Shown: one piece after another, positions 10,150-21,300 of the stretch
Layout of the letters: each line of letters opens with the position of its first letter
Numbering within the stretch: the first letter of the stretch is position 1
From: Desulfosudaceae bacterium
GTDB lineage: Bacteria > Desulfobacterota > Desulfobacteria > Desulfobacterales > Desulfosudaceae
Reading direction: 5' to 3'
Assembly: GCA_963674745.2 (NCBI GenBank)
Contig: CAXXDV010000003.1
Location: 1,728,001-1,792,000, forward strand
DNA length: 64,000 nt
Notes under the pieces: model-generated
Told to the model about the DNA's origin: nothing
Seen by the model: only the letters and a program-made list of their open reading frames with translations
The model's database searches: none
Translations under genes and position numbers: made by a program

Positions 10150-10223
10150 CAATAGAAACCGGCTTCGCGGCCGCGCTTTGCAGCCACATCAATAGAAACC
10201 GGCTTCGCGGCCGCGCTTTGCAG
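10150..10223. repeat. Perfect 34-bp direct repeat x2 with a 6-bp spacer
   Basis: caatagaaaccggcttcgcggccgcgctttgcag at 10150-10183 and 10190-10223. Confidence 0.95.
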
Positions 10224-10367
10224 AAGAAAGGGCCCGGTATTCTATTTTTTCTGATATTATGATAACATGATTAAAATTTTAAAAAGGGGGTCGGTTCTCA
10301 AAATAGGCCTTTCAGCCTGATACGGTCAAAAAATCATTGCAAACAAAACAGAACAGGTGGTGAACGT

Positions 10368-12332
10368 ATGAAAAACAAAGGGTATATGGGAAAGATTCTG
10401 ATGGTGGACCTGACCAGTGGTGAGATCCAGGAAGAAGCCCTGCCTGATCCGGTATACGAAAAATATCTGGGCGGTATGGGACTGGGTGCCCACATCCTGT
10501 ACACACGGATTCCGGAAGGAGCAGATCCGCTGGGTCCGGACAACATGCTCGCTTTTCTTCCCGGTCTTCTCACGGGGACCGGAAGCCTGTTTACGGGGCG
10601 CTGGATGGTCGCCGGAAAATCCCCGCTGACCGGTGGGTGGGGTGACGCCAATTGCGGCGGCACTTTTGCACCGGAAATCAAACGCTGCGGTTATGACGGC
10701 ATCTTTGTTAAAGGCATCAGCGAAAAACCCGTATATCTTTATATAAATGATCACACCAGGGAACTGAGGGATGCCTCGGATGTATGGGGAATGGATACGG
10801 TGGAAACCGAGGAGTACCTGGAAAAACATGCCAAAGCCAACGGCAAAAAGCCGAAAGTCGTCTGCATCGGTCCTGCCGGGGAAAAGCTGTCCCTGATATC
10901 CGGCATCTCCACGGATAAAGGCCGCATGGCGGCACGTTCAGGCTTAGGTGCCGTCATGGGCGCCAAGAAACTAAAAGCCATTGTACTCTCCGGACAAAAG
11001 CGTATCAACGCTCACGATCGGGAGGAAATGAAACGACTCAGCCGAATGTGCAATAAATGGGTTCAATTTCAGCCCCCCTTTGTCAATGGCCCCATGACCG
11101 CCTTTGTCGGCGCCCTGCTGCGCATCATGCCCACGGTACTCACCCAGGACGGTATGCTCTACAAAATACTGCTCAAAAAATGGGGTACCGTCTCCATGAA
11201 CCAGATGTCACCGGAAATGGGAGATTCTCCTATCAAAAACTGGAAAGGGACTTCCAGTGACTGGGGATTTAAAAAAAGCTATTCTTCAAATCCCGATGTT
11301 TTCAAAAACTGTGAAATCGTCAAATTCCACTGTTATTCATGCCCCCTTGGTTGCGGCGGTATCTGCACCATGGACAAAAAATACAGCCATACCCATAAAC
11401 CCGAATATGAAACCGTCCTTGCGCTGGGTGGATTCTGCATGAACGAAGACGTGGACGGCATATTTTATATGAACGAATTGCTCAACCGGGCCGGTATGGA
11501 CACTATTTCCGCCGGCCATGCCGTTGCCTTCGCCCTTGAATGCTACGAGGAAGGGATTATCACCAAAGAAGACACCGACGGACTTGAGTTGACCTGGGGT
11601 AACTCGGAGGCGATTGTCACCCTGATCGAAAGAATGGTTAAACGGGAGGGATTCGGTCACGTGCTGGCGGACGGTGTGAAACAGGCTGCATTGAGAATCG
11701 GAAAAGGGGCTGAAGCCTTTGCCGTTCTGGCCGGGGGACAGGAACCGGCCATGCACGACTCCCGGAATGACCCCGGTTTTGCCCTTCATTACAGCGTTGA
11801 GCCCACACCCGGTCGTCATACCCTGGGTTCTCACCTGTATTATGAAATGTTCAAATTATGGACCGTCGTCAAGGGGGTCCCCAAGATCCCGCCCATGTAC
11901 TTAAAAGGCAGCAAATACAAAAACCCCGAAAAACAGGCGGCCATCGGCGCGGCCAACAGCCGGTTCATGACCCTGGTCAACTGTACCGGCGCCTGCCTGT
12001 TCGCGTCTTTTCTGGGCGCCAAACGGTTCCCCCTGTTCGGCTGGATAAACGCCGCCACCGGCTGGAAGCTGACCCCCAACGAATATATGAATCTGGCCGG
12101 AGAAATTCATACGGTTAAACAGGCCTTTAACGTCAAGCACGGTATTGAACCTAAAAATTGTAAAATCAGTGAACGGGCCCTGGGAAGACCGGCCCAGACC
12201 GAAGGGGCCAACAAGGGACGTTCAATCGATATCGAAATGATGATGACCCATTACTGGGAACAGTTCGGCTGGGACAGCCAGACCGGAAAACCCAGTCAGG
12301 AAACCATAAAACGTTTAAGCGACGGCGTTTAG
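10368..12332 (+). CDS. aor: Aldehyde ferredoxin oxidoreductase family protein (W/Mo)
   Basis: KSPLTGGWGDANCGG, IGPAGE, RSGLGAVMGAKKLKAI, CYSCPLGC, PEYET, GMDTISAG. Confidence 0.92.
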   Translation: MKNKGYMGKILMVDLTSGEIQEEALPDPVYEKYLGGMGLGAHILYTRIPEGADPLGPDNMLAFLPGLLTGTGSLFTGRWMVAGKSPLTGGWGDANCGGTFAPEIKRCGYDGIFVKGISEKPVYLYINDHTRELRDASDVWGMDTVETEEYLEKHAKANGKKPKVVCIGPAGEKLSLISGISTDKGRMAARSGLGAVMGAKKLKAIVLSGQKRINAHDREEMKRLSRMCNKWVQFQPPFVNGPMTAFVGALLRIMPTVLTQDGMLYKILLKKWGTVSMNQMSPEMGDSPIKNWKGTSSDWGFKKSYSSNPDVFKNCEIVKFHCYSCPLGCGGICTMDKKYSHTHKPEYETVLALGGFCMNEDVDGIFYMNELLNRAGMDTISAGHAVAFALECYEEGIITKEDTDGLELTWGNSEAIVTLIERMVKREGFGHVLADGVKQAALRIGKGAEAFAVLAGGQEPAMHDSRNDPGFALHYSVEPTPGRHTLGSHLYYEMFKLWTVVKGVPKIPPMYLKGSKYKNPEKQAAIGAANSRFMTLVNCTGACLFASFLGAKRFPLFGWINAATGWKLTPNEYMNLAGEIHTVKQAFNVKHGIEPKNCKISERALGRPAQTEGANKGRSIDIEMMMTHYWEQFGWDSQTGKPSQETIKRLSDGV

Positions 12333-12338
12333 GAGGAT

Positions 12339-12782
12339 ATGATGGCATATTTAATCACGGAAAATTGTAACGGCTGTACATCATGTGCAGGGCTCTGCCC
12401 GGTGGAAGCGATACAGGGTGAAAAAAAAGAACGGCATGTCATTGACGCTGATTTCTGTATCGAATGCGGTGCCTGCGCCCGGATCTGCCCGCAAAGCGCC
12501 GTCCAGGACCCCTCAGGCCGGATCGTCCAGAGCGAAAAAAAGAAATACTGGAAAAAGCCGGCTTTTGACTACAGCACCTGCATGGCCTGCGGCATATGCG
12601 TAAACGCCTGCCCTGTCGGCTGCATCATGTTCGGCCAGCCATCCTTAAAAGATAAAAATGCCTATCCGGAGCTGGCTGATCCCGGAACCTGTATCAGTTG
12701 CGGGTTCTGCGCTGATGAGTGTCCGGTGGAAGCGGTCATGCTGATGCCGCCGGGGGAAGAACAAATTGCCAAAGCCGGTTGA
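12339..12782 (+). CDS. Polyferredoxin with four [4Fe-4S] motifs
   Basis: Four CxxCxxCxxxCP motifs; RBS aggagg directly after aor. Confidence 0.92.
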   Translation: MMAYLITENCNGCTSCAGLCPVEAIQGEKKERHVIDADFCIECGACARICPQSAVQDPSGRIVQSEKKKYWKKPAFDYSTCMACGICVNACPVGCIMFGQPSLKDKNAYPELADPGTCISCGFCADECPVEAVMLMPPGEEQIAKAG

Positions 12783-12846
12783 TCGGGACATTTGTCCAAG
12801 GCACAGTTACGCTACTTCTTCACCATCCAAATTCAAGGAGAGCACA

Positions 12847-15387
12847 ATGAACCGTCTTTGTTTTCGAGGCCGTAAAACAACTTTATTCGTGCTTGTCACC
12901 GGTATCATCGTGATTGCCCTTTTAGTGCCCGGATGCACGCGCATGCTGGACAGCATCTTTAACGATTCACTCCCTCCTGACGAAGGCGTACAAAAGCTTC
13001 CGGGGATTTCCGAAAAGGTGACCGTAAAAAGAGACGACCTCGGCATTCCCTTTGTAGACGCGGCCAGCCTGGACGACCTGGTGGTGGCCATGGGATATGT
13101 CAGTGCCTGCGATCGCTTCGCCCAGATGGAAGGATTCCGGCTGGTGGGTCAGGGCCGGTTATCTGAGATGGTGGGGGAAGCCGCCCTTGAAATGGATATG
13201 TATCTGCGGGCCATAAACGTGAACAAAGCCGCCGAAACCGTTTACAGATCAGCCTCATCGGATTTGCGCCGCCTGCTTGATCTTTACAGCCGGGGCGTTA
13301 ATGCCTATCTGGACAACAATCCCCTGCCGACAACCGTCAAGCTTTCCGGTCATGAACCGGAACCGTGGGAAGGGATTGACTCGGTGTCTGTTTTTATCGT
13401 GCTGACGCTGGGGCTGGCCCAGAATCTTCATGAAGAAATCGGTATTCTGAACCTGGCCGGAAAAATCCCGCCGGAAAAACTGGCCTGGCTGACGCCCATT
13501 TATCCTGACGAACTGCTTCCATTTGAAGAAATGAAAAAACTGGAAGGTCTTGATCTGGCCGCTGTGGCCGGTAATGTAAAGAATTTATATGACGCCATAT
13601 GCCACACCAACCGTCTGGCCGTACCGGCAGCGGCCGCTTCCAACAACTGGGCGGTATCCGGAAAGCGGACCCGTTCCGGCAAACCCATTCTGGCAAACGA
13701 CACCCATCTCCCCCTGGTTATGCCCTCTTTCTGGCATATGATGAAACTACGCTGTCCCGGACTTGAAGGCGCCGGCGTTGCCCTGGCCGGTGTGCCGGGC
13801 ATTATCGCCGGTTATAACGGTCATATTGCGGCCGGAATGACCATGGTCATGGCCGACAACCAGGATGTGTTTCTGGAGCAGCTTAAAGAAAAAGACGACG
13901 GCCTTTATTACCTTTATAAAGACCGGTGGATAAAGACAGATATCCGCAAGGAAACCATCAAAGTCAAAGACGAAAAAGACGTTATCATCACCATTCATGA
14001 AACCGTTCACGGACCGCTTATGAACCGGGTTCTGTCCACGGACCCCAGGCACCTGCTGGTGCCCATGCCCACGGATCAATCGCTGGGAATTGCCGTCAGC
14101 TGGGCGGCGTTTGAGCCGGACCGGACCATGGATATCTTCTTTAATATCATGCGGTCGAATTCGGTTGACGAAATTCTGACCTGGACCGGTTCCAGCAGAA
14201 CCATTATCCCCCTGAACCTGGTCATGGCCGATGAAAAAGATATCGCCTGGCAGGTAACCGGTCGATACCCTTACCGCAAAAAAGGCCGGGGTCTATGCCC
14301 CTCTCCCGGCTGGACGGGAGAATATGACTGGGAGGGATTTCTTAATCCCTCGCTGCATCCGGTGATTAAAAATCCGGAAACAGGATATATCGGTACCGCC
14401 AACAACCGGACCGTCTCACCGGATTTCCCCTATATCCTGTCCTCTTCCTGGTATTATCCGGACCGGGCGGAACGCATCAACCGGATGATCGAAAGCACCT
14501 ACGGATATACAGCTGAAAAAGCCCGTCAAATGCAATTGGATGTATTTTCGCCTTTTTCCTCGGTTATCAAACAGGCGCTTTTAAGCACCACCACTTACCG
14601 GCAGATGGCGTCAACCTGGACTGACGAAGAAAAAACAAAAGCGGAAACCGGCCTGGACGTGTTAAAGAAATTCGACGGTGATCTGCGCGTTGACTCGGCC
14701 GGAGCCGCCTTTTGCGGGGCCTTTCTGACATGCCTGAGCAAAAACCTGTTTGCCGATGAATGCGGCGGTACCGGGACACTGGCATGGCGATCACTGACGG
14801 AAATTTTTCAGATGTCCTACTCCGCGCTTCATGATCACCTGACCATCAGGGGGCAAAGCAGCCCCTTCTGGGATGACATCACAACCGAAACGATTGAAAA
14901 ACGTCATGAAATCCTGGCTGCCAGCGTGGTAAATGCGGTCGACCTGCTGGCTGAAACATGCGGCCGGCCGGCCGGCCAGTGGGAGTGGGGAAAGATGCAC
15001 ACCTATGAATGGACAACGGACGCTTCCAGCCTGGCGCCTTACATGGGTTTCTTTGACAGGACCGGCATGAAATTTCTGTCCGGATATTTTGACCGTGGCC
15101 CCTATCCGGCGCCGGGTGACCATACCACCCTGAACGTTTCCGGGTATCATATCGGCAATGATTTCAAAACCTGGCTGATTCCGGCCATGCGTATTATCGT
15201 GGATTTCGGCAGTGAGGAACCGCTGGTGGGCATCAACAGCTCAGGTCAGTCGGACAATCCGGCCAGCCCTCACTATGATGATGGCATCCAGGCCTGGCTG
15301 AACGGCGAATACCACCCGTTTCCGTTCCGCGAAGAAAACATCGAAAAACAATACACCCGTACCCTGGTGCTGGAGCCCGCATCTTGA
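12847..15387 (+). CDS. Penicillin acylase / acyl-homoserine-lactone acylase family Ntn-hydrolase (QuiP/PvdQ-like), probable lipoprotein
   Basis: RDDLGIP, DRFAQME, autoprocessing site A|SNNWAVSG, ANDTHL, GQSDNPASPHYDD; lipobox-like LVPGC; RBS aaggag. Confidence 0.9.
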   Translation: MNRLCFRGRKTTLFVLVTGIIVIALLVPGCTRMLDSIFNDSLPPDEGVQKLPGISEKVTVKRDDLGIPFVDAASLDDLVVAMGYVSACDRFAQMEGFRLVGQGRLSEMVGEAALEMDMYLRAINVNKAAETVYRSASSDLRRLLDLYSRGVNAYLDNNPLPTTVKLSGHEPEPWEGIDSVSVFIVLTLGLAQNLHEEIGILNLAGKIPPEKLAWLTPIYPDELLPFEEMKKLEGLDLAAVAGNVKNLYDAICHTNRLAVPAAAASNNWAVSGKRTRSGKPILANDTHLPLVMPSFWHMMKLRCPGLEGAGVALAGVPGIIAGYNGHIAAGMTMVMADNQDVFLEQLKEKDDGLYYLYKDRWIKTDIRKETIKVKDEKDVIITIHETVHGPLMNRVLSTDPRHLLVPMPTDQSLGIAVSWAAFEPDRTMDIFFNIMRSNSVDEILTWTGSSRTIIPLNLVMADEKDIAWQVTGRYPYRKKGRGLCPSPGWTGEYDWEGFLNPSLHPVIKNPETGYIGTANNRTVSPDFPYILSSSWYYPDRAERINRMIESTYGYTAEKARQMQLDVFSPFSSVIKQALLSTTTYRQMASTWTDEEKTKAETGLDVLKKFDGDLRVDSAGAAFCGAFLTCLSKNLFADECGGTGTLAWRSLTEIFQMSYSALHDHLTIRGQSSPFWDDITTETIEKRHEILAASVVNAVDLLAETCGRPAGQWEWGKMHTYEWTTDASSLAPYMGFFDRTGMKFLSGYFDRGPYPAPGDHTTLNVSGYHIGNDFKTWLIPAMRIIVDFGSEEPLVGINSSGQSDNPASPHYDDGIQAWLNGEYHPFPFREENIEKQYTRTLVLEPAS

Positions 15388-15393
15388 CAGAAG

Positions 15394-15780
15394 TTATTGC
15401 GTTGTATCCAGATAAGGACTGCCCCTCTTTAGGCGCACCACACCGGTCACGGTAGTCTTCTCACCATCGGGCCTGGCCGGATCCAGGCCCGGCGGTACCG
15501 GACCATGGACATACAGGCAGCCTGAGTCATCCGCCATCATCCAGTCACTGCGACTGACCGGCGGACCGCTGCGACATGGTCCCCGCCAGCCCTGAAACGA
15601 CGCTGTGACGGTTATGGTTCGGGATTCAAAACGATCAGGAGCGGCAAGAACCTGCCCGATCATGCCTTCGTTATCCGACATCGTCGGTTTCGGTCCAGCC
15701 GGATGCCCTGAGCAGGCGCCGATGCCGGAAAGAACCATCCACAAGGCCGTAACCCAAACAAACGTCTTTTGCCATGTCAT
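15394..15780 (-). CDS. Small lipoprotein of unknown function (possible OB-fold)
   Basis: Signal peptide with IGAC lipobox; ATGA overlap with the clostripain gene. Confidence 0.65.
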   Translation of the reverse strand: MTWQKTFVWVTALWMVLSGIGACSGHPAGPKPTMSDNEGMIGQVLAAPDRFESRTITVTASFQGWRGPCRSGPPVSRSDWMMADDSGCLYVHGPVPPGLDPARPDGEKTTVTGVVRLKRGSPYLDTTQ

Positions 15781-17597
15781 TGCTTTATCTCCACGTTTAA
15801 AAGAGGGACCCGTTTTTTAGGCGTCATATGAAACGACACCTGCCGTTGACCGGAATTAAGCGTCACGGTACCCGCTTCCGGCATGGCCCGGGTCAGCGCC
15901 CCGGCATACCAGTAATTACTGTATGCGTTCAACTCGTATAAAGATCCGATATCACTGAAGTCACCAAGGTAAGGCGCGCTTAAATCCAACCAGACAGGGC
16001 CCAGCATCTGCCAGTCGCCCACGTCGGGATCCAGGTACCAGAATTCGACATTGGCGCCCTGGCCGATCAAGCCGTTACTGTAGTATTCCACGAAAACGTC
16101 GTAGGCTCCCGGCTGGACATAATCATTGGAAACATAATACTCTACCGACTCCCCCACCTCATAAGAATCGGCCGAGAAATAACCGTTCGGCGTGGTCTGC
16201 CCCATCCATGGGGCGTAAATTTCCAGGTTGGGCTCCCAGACATAAAGATCAAGATCGGCATCCGTATCCCAGGTGATGTAAAAAGCGAACCCCCCGGGAT
16301 TCAACGTTTCCTGCGATCCGGCCACGATTTTCTCAACCGCCTGTGACCACACGGTGGCCCGGGCCTGGTTGCAGGCCAGCCGGTTATATTCCCGAAGGTC
16401 ATTGTACAACGTATCACTGGAGACCTGACCCAGAGAAGGAACAAACAAAGCCAGACCAAAAGCATCTCTTACCGCTACGCCTATGGTGCGGTTGCTGATC
16501 ACGATATTGGTAACGGCTGTGTTCACGGCCAGGGCCGCATTCCGGACGGTACCGGCCGGCAGCCCGTTGGCAATACGTCCGGAAAAGTCATGAAGATCGA
16601 GGTTGCTTTGATATTCAAACCCCTGGGAATTGGACTGGGCCTGGGCGACAACCCCGGAAACGGTGTCATAGTCGGTGACGATGGCCTGCGCGAAATTCAG
16701 CATGGCCGTATGCAGGTCCGGCAGACGCGACATGTCCACCGCGGACTTGGTAATTTTTTCGTTCCTCGTTCCCGGCCCGCTGTAAAAATCCGCATATTTT
16801 TCAACGATGGTATCCGAAAGATCGGCTCCGGACATGGTCGGACGAGCTTTAAGTTCGGCCAGGATGGTATCGTAGGGGTCTCCGTCGCCGGGCTCCAGTT
16901 CTTCGGAAAACACCAGGTAATCCGCCAGCCCCAGAAACTCATAAGCCACCTCATACATGGCCATGAGGCAGGCATCAAAATTGATAATATCCAGGTGAAC
17001 GCCGGCCGAGCGGACGGCAGCAGCGAGATCGGGGAGGCTCATAAAGGAATTGCTGGTTTCATCCTGAACGGCGCCTTTAAATAAAGCAGATTTTTTCCAT
17101 CCGGCGCCATGGTCCCAGATGACCAGCGCGTAATGTTCGGCCGGGTATTTACCGGCCGCCCATTTAATAAAATTGGTCAGGGCGGTCCGGGAACCCATAT
17201 CAACATTTCCGATCGAACGACCGGCCCCGAAATTCACATTGTCGGGGTCATTGTCCTTCTGGACGATAAACCGCAGGGTTTCGCCCTGGTAGCCGTCCTG
17301 CCCAATTGCACCAAAATCCGTGTAAAAATTACTGAACTCGGCCTGCAAAACAATTTTAACCCTGTCATCAGACCCGGCCGCCTCCATTTCGTTCAGATCG
17401 AACAAACCGGCCGTGGACAGGTTGTTGTCCGCACCCATATACACCATATAGGTCCAGTCGGCCTTGTCTCCGGTTTCCTTTGAATCATCTCCGCTGCCGC
17501 CGCCGCCGCAACTCACAAAGAAAAGGCAAAGCAAAGAGACAAAACACCTCAGGCCTGATCGGCATACCGTTTTTCGGGAAAGCGTCTTATTTTTCAT
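15777..17597 (-). CDS. Clostripain-family (C11) cysteine peptidase lipoprotein with a C-terminal acidic beta domain
   Basis: WTYMVYMGADNNL, WDHGAGW (His), FDACLMA (Cys), SEELEPG; lipobox FVSC; C-terminal WDTDADLDLYVWEP. Confidence 0.88.
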   Translation of the reverse strand: MKNKTLSRKTVCRSGLRCFVSLLCLFFVSCGGGGSGDDSKETGDKADWTYMVYMGADNNLSTAGLFDLNEMEAAGSDDRVKIVLQAEFSNFYTDFGAIGQDGYQGETLRFIVQKDNDPDNVNFGAGRSIGNVDMGSRTALTNFIKWAAGKYPAEHYALVIWDHGAGWKKSALFKGAVQDETSNSFMSLPDLAAAVRSAGVHLDIINFDACLMAMYEVAYEFLGLADYLVFSEELEPGDGDPYDTILAELKARPTMSGADLSDTIVEKYADFYSGPGTRNEKITKSAVDMSRLPDLHTAMLNFAQAIVTDYDTVSGVVAQAQSNSQGFEYQSNLDLHDFSGRIANGLPAGTVRNAALAVNTAVTNIVISNRTIGVAVRDAFGLALFVPSLGQVSSDTLYNDLREYNRLACNQARATVWSQAVEKIVAGSQETLNPGGFAFYITWDTDADLDLYVWEPNLEIYAPWMGQTTPNGYFSADSYEVGESVEYYVSNDYVQPGAYDVFVEYYSNGLIGQGANVEFWYLDPDVGDWQMLGPVWLDLSAPYLGDFSDIGSLYELNAYSNYWYAGALTRAMPEAGTVTLNSGQRQVSFHMTPKKRVPLLNVEIKQ

Positions 17598-17960
17598 GGT
17601 TTTTCTCACTGAATATTGAGGATAAAGATAGCGCGAGGGCTAGTCACGTGTTCCGATTTTTACTGAAATATTAAACCGCCTGTAAAACAAATTTAAAAAA
17701 CGTATGTATTATAACATGAAGGGCATCGGGGTTCAATCATAATCCCTTACCGTCCGGCATCTGAATTATTAAAAAATTCTGTTTTAAAAATTTAACCGGC
17801 AATTTCTTCTATATTATAGAAATCTGGCGATAAACCCCGCCGTTCTGTGTTAATATATTGATTAACATATGTGGTGCCGATGCGGCCGCTGTCTGAATCA
17901 TCGAATCAAAAACGAGGGAGAAAAAGCCGCGTCTGAAACAAGGCCTTTTTAGAGGTACCC

Positions 17961-18344
17961 ATGCCGGTCAGAAAAATCATACTGGATTTCGGCAGTAATA
18001 TACTCGAAGCCGAATTATTTGATACCCCCATCGCTGAAAAATTTGCGGCCAACCTGCCTTACGAGGTAAACCTGACCCAATGGGGCGGAGAACTGTACGG
18101 CTCGATCAGCCTGGACCTTGGCCAAGACAATCCGGTTGCGTATATCCCTGCCGGGGGTATTGCCTATACCAACAAGGGGAATTACGTGTGTATATTCTTC
18201 GGCCAGACACCGGCCTGGCCGGTCGAATACATCGGTCAGATCGAAGATGACCAATGGACTTTATTTGTTGAAAACCGGGGTCTGTCGTCTGTGATCATAC
18301 GGGCAACCCATGTATCTGAGATTGACGTAAACGACCGGCCCTGA
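17961..18344 (+). CDS. Cyclophilin-like fold protein (TM1367/DUF369-like)
   Basis: LP..LTQWGGELY, GIAY, CIFFGQTP; RBS gagg. Confidence 0.75.
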   Translation: MPVRKIILDFGSNILEAELFDTPIAEKFAANLPYEVNLTQWGGELYGSISLDLGQDNPVAYIPAGGIAYTNKGNYVCIFFGQTPAWPVEYIGQIEDDQWTLFVENRGLSSVIIRATHVSEIDVNDRP

Positions 18345-18389
18345 TATATATTAGTCAATCCCTTACCATAACCCCTCAAAATCGGATAT

Positions 18390-21300
18390 GTGACGATGAA
18401 CGCCTTTCAGAATGCATTCATGCCCGGTTTTATGCCCGCCCGATTGTTCCTGCGGCTGTTATTCCTTTTTCTTTTTTTAACGGCCGTCGTTTTGCCATGT
18501 CTGGCTATCGTTCCCCGCCAGCAGCCATCGGTGGGACTCATCGCCAGTGCCAGCGGTGATGCCCAGATCCGCTTTGTCGAAAAAAAAAATTGGGCTCAGG
18601 CGGCTGTTGACCAGGACCTGCTGACCGGTGATGACCTTCGCACCGGCCCGCTGGGTTCAATGGCGCTCCTGTTTTCCGACCGGACCCAGATCCGGGTTCA
18701 TCGCAACTCCACTCTGACCATCAAAGCGGTGGCATCCGAACAAAAGTCACAGGGTAGCGTCTTCCGGCTCAATAAAGGCGGCGCCTGGGCCCGTGCCGCC
18801 CGGGACAATTCTAAAGTGAAAATTGAAACCCCTTCAGCCACGGCCGCCATACGAGGGACAGACTGGTCGCTCGAGGTTGATGACAGCGGACGAACCACCC
18901 TGATCGTTCTTGATGGGACCGTTTTGCTGGAAAATGATTACGGCCGGGTTGCCGTCAACCGGGGAGAGATTGCCGTCGCGGAAATCGGCAAGGCACCCAA
19001 CAAATTGTTTTTGGTGGCGCCGGATGGTCGGGAACTGATGTATTACAATATGAGCCTGTCCCGGGCCATGGGAATGATTGAACTGGCTGATCTTAAAACT
19101 CGCGAGCGCCGGGAAAAGATAGCCGGTTTGACGGCTGACCCGGCCCAGGAACGTTCTCTCGACCAATGGTTAAGCCTGGCCGAAATGGCCTATGACAGCC
19201 ATAACCTGGACATGACCCGCAAGTGCCTCGCGGAAGCCGGTGTTGCAGACAAGGCTGTCCTCAAGGCCAGGGAGGAGTTAATTCGCGGCTTTCTGGCCAT
19301 TGCGGATCTTGATTTTAAAACAGCGCAAAAACTGCTGGCCGAAGCCGAACAGCACCTCGATCATGAAAGGCGCCTAACGGCTATGATCGGCCGTACCGCA
19401 GCCCTGATTTTGAACCGGGAAATGGAAACAGCCCGGTCTCTTCTAAATGTTATGAAAGAAGAATACGATTCAAATCCGCGATTACAGACGTTTCGGATTA
19501 TGCTGACCGCCTTTTCCGGCGACCTGCCGCAGGCCTTGGATATGGCTGAAAAATTCGGCAACCAGTTTCCCGATAAAGCCATCTTCCCTTCTCTGGAAGG
19601 TATCCTGTCAATATTGCTGGCACGAGACAAAGCTGCTGAAAAAGCAGCCCGGCGTGTTCAAAAAATTGATCCGGAAAACACCTTTGCTTTTTTTATCCTG
19701 GGCACCTGCCAAAGAGATTTTCTTCTTGACCATGAAACCGCAATCCAAACCTTTCAACAGGGGATTAAATTCAACCCCTGCGATCCTGACCTCTGGGGTG
19801 AACTGGGCCTGACGTATTATGAAATCAATGAAATGCGACTGGCTGAAAAAGCCCTGCTGAAAGCCATTTCACTTGCGCCCAAAGATATTGTTCTTTTATG
19901 CAACTATGTTTATTTGCTGCAGGAGCAACACCGGATGGACGAAGCCGCAGCCTACATCAAAATGCTGAAAGTGCTCGATCCTTCATGGGAATTTACGTTG
20001 GAGCTTCAAGGAGATCAGAAACTTCAAACAGGCGACATGAAGGCTGCCAGGGAATATTTTCTCAAGGCCACCACCGTCAACCCGGCCATACCGACAGCCG
20101 CACTCGGACTGGCAGTTGCTTATTACCAGGATGGTGAGTGGGACCTGGCCCAACAGGCCCTGGCCGGTGCCGAGCGACTGGACCCCAATGATCCCGATAT
20201 CTCCATGGTCGGCGCGACAATCGCCCTGGACCAGTCGCGGACGGATGAAGCCATTGAATATGCCCGCCAGGCCGTTGAAAAATACCGCCGGGTAAAAGGC
20301 GTGGGTATTTCCGGACTGGCTGCCAACCGCGGCGGTAAAAGCTCCCTGGGCGGGGCGTTTATGGGTATTTCGCTTAACAAGTGGGCTGATTATTATAATG
20401 AGATTTCTTTTGACCCTTATTCAGCAGACAGCCATTTTTACCGGGCCCTGCATGCCGGTGATGATGATTATTCATCCCTTTATCTGGGACTGATGCTGGA
20501 GCCACTGGCGGTTTCCAGTCGTAACCGTTACGTTGATTTTTACTACCGCCCCTTCGTGGATTTTTCCATCGGAGGTTCGGCTTTTCGGCAGAAAGAAGGC
20601 GCTGGGTACACGTTTTCAAGTGACATACAGGGGTTTGACCGGCATCTCCTTCCTTTTTCATATTATTTAAACGTTGAAACGACAAATCATCCCGGAGATG
20701 TTGAAAACGCGGAGACGAAGCCTCTGTCCGGTCTGGCCATGGCCGGCATGAATCTTACCCCTTATGATCGCCTGTTTGTCAGTCTCAGCGGGTCCGATAC
20801 GGATACCGGCCTGCCGGGAACGCAGGACATTCCGGATACGGATGATAAAATGCAGACCAAAAGCATGTCGGGAGAAATTGGATATGCCCATTCTTTCAGC
20901 GCCCGCAACATTTTTATGAGCCAGTTTTCACTTTTGCGTGCGGAAGTGTCCTATTACAACGCAGATCCTTTAGGTACCGGTCTGTCGGCCCTCGATTATT
21001 CCCTGATCAATTCTTTCAGCCTTTTCGGGACACAATTGCTTTATGCAGCCGGACTGACTGATGTAACTGATCCTGAAGATCCGGATAACCCCATGCTGGT
21101 GGTGGACGTCTCTTCACTTGGCCAGGCGAGCCCCATACCCGATACGCTGGACACCCAAACCATGTCCCGGGCGCGACTGGAAAACGATTATATCGGCATT
21201 TCCTGCCGGCACATGTTCACCGTCAAGGATGTTGATTTCAGTTATGGCATGGAAGCGTTCTCCAGACGTTCGAAAAACGAGTTGCAGTCTCTGTCATTTT

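Noticed and set aside
10150..10223. 34-bp repeats as a CRISPR array
   Set aside because: Only two copies with a 6-bp spacer; no cas genes in the window
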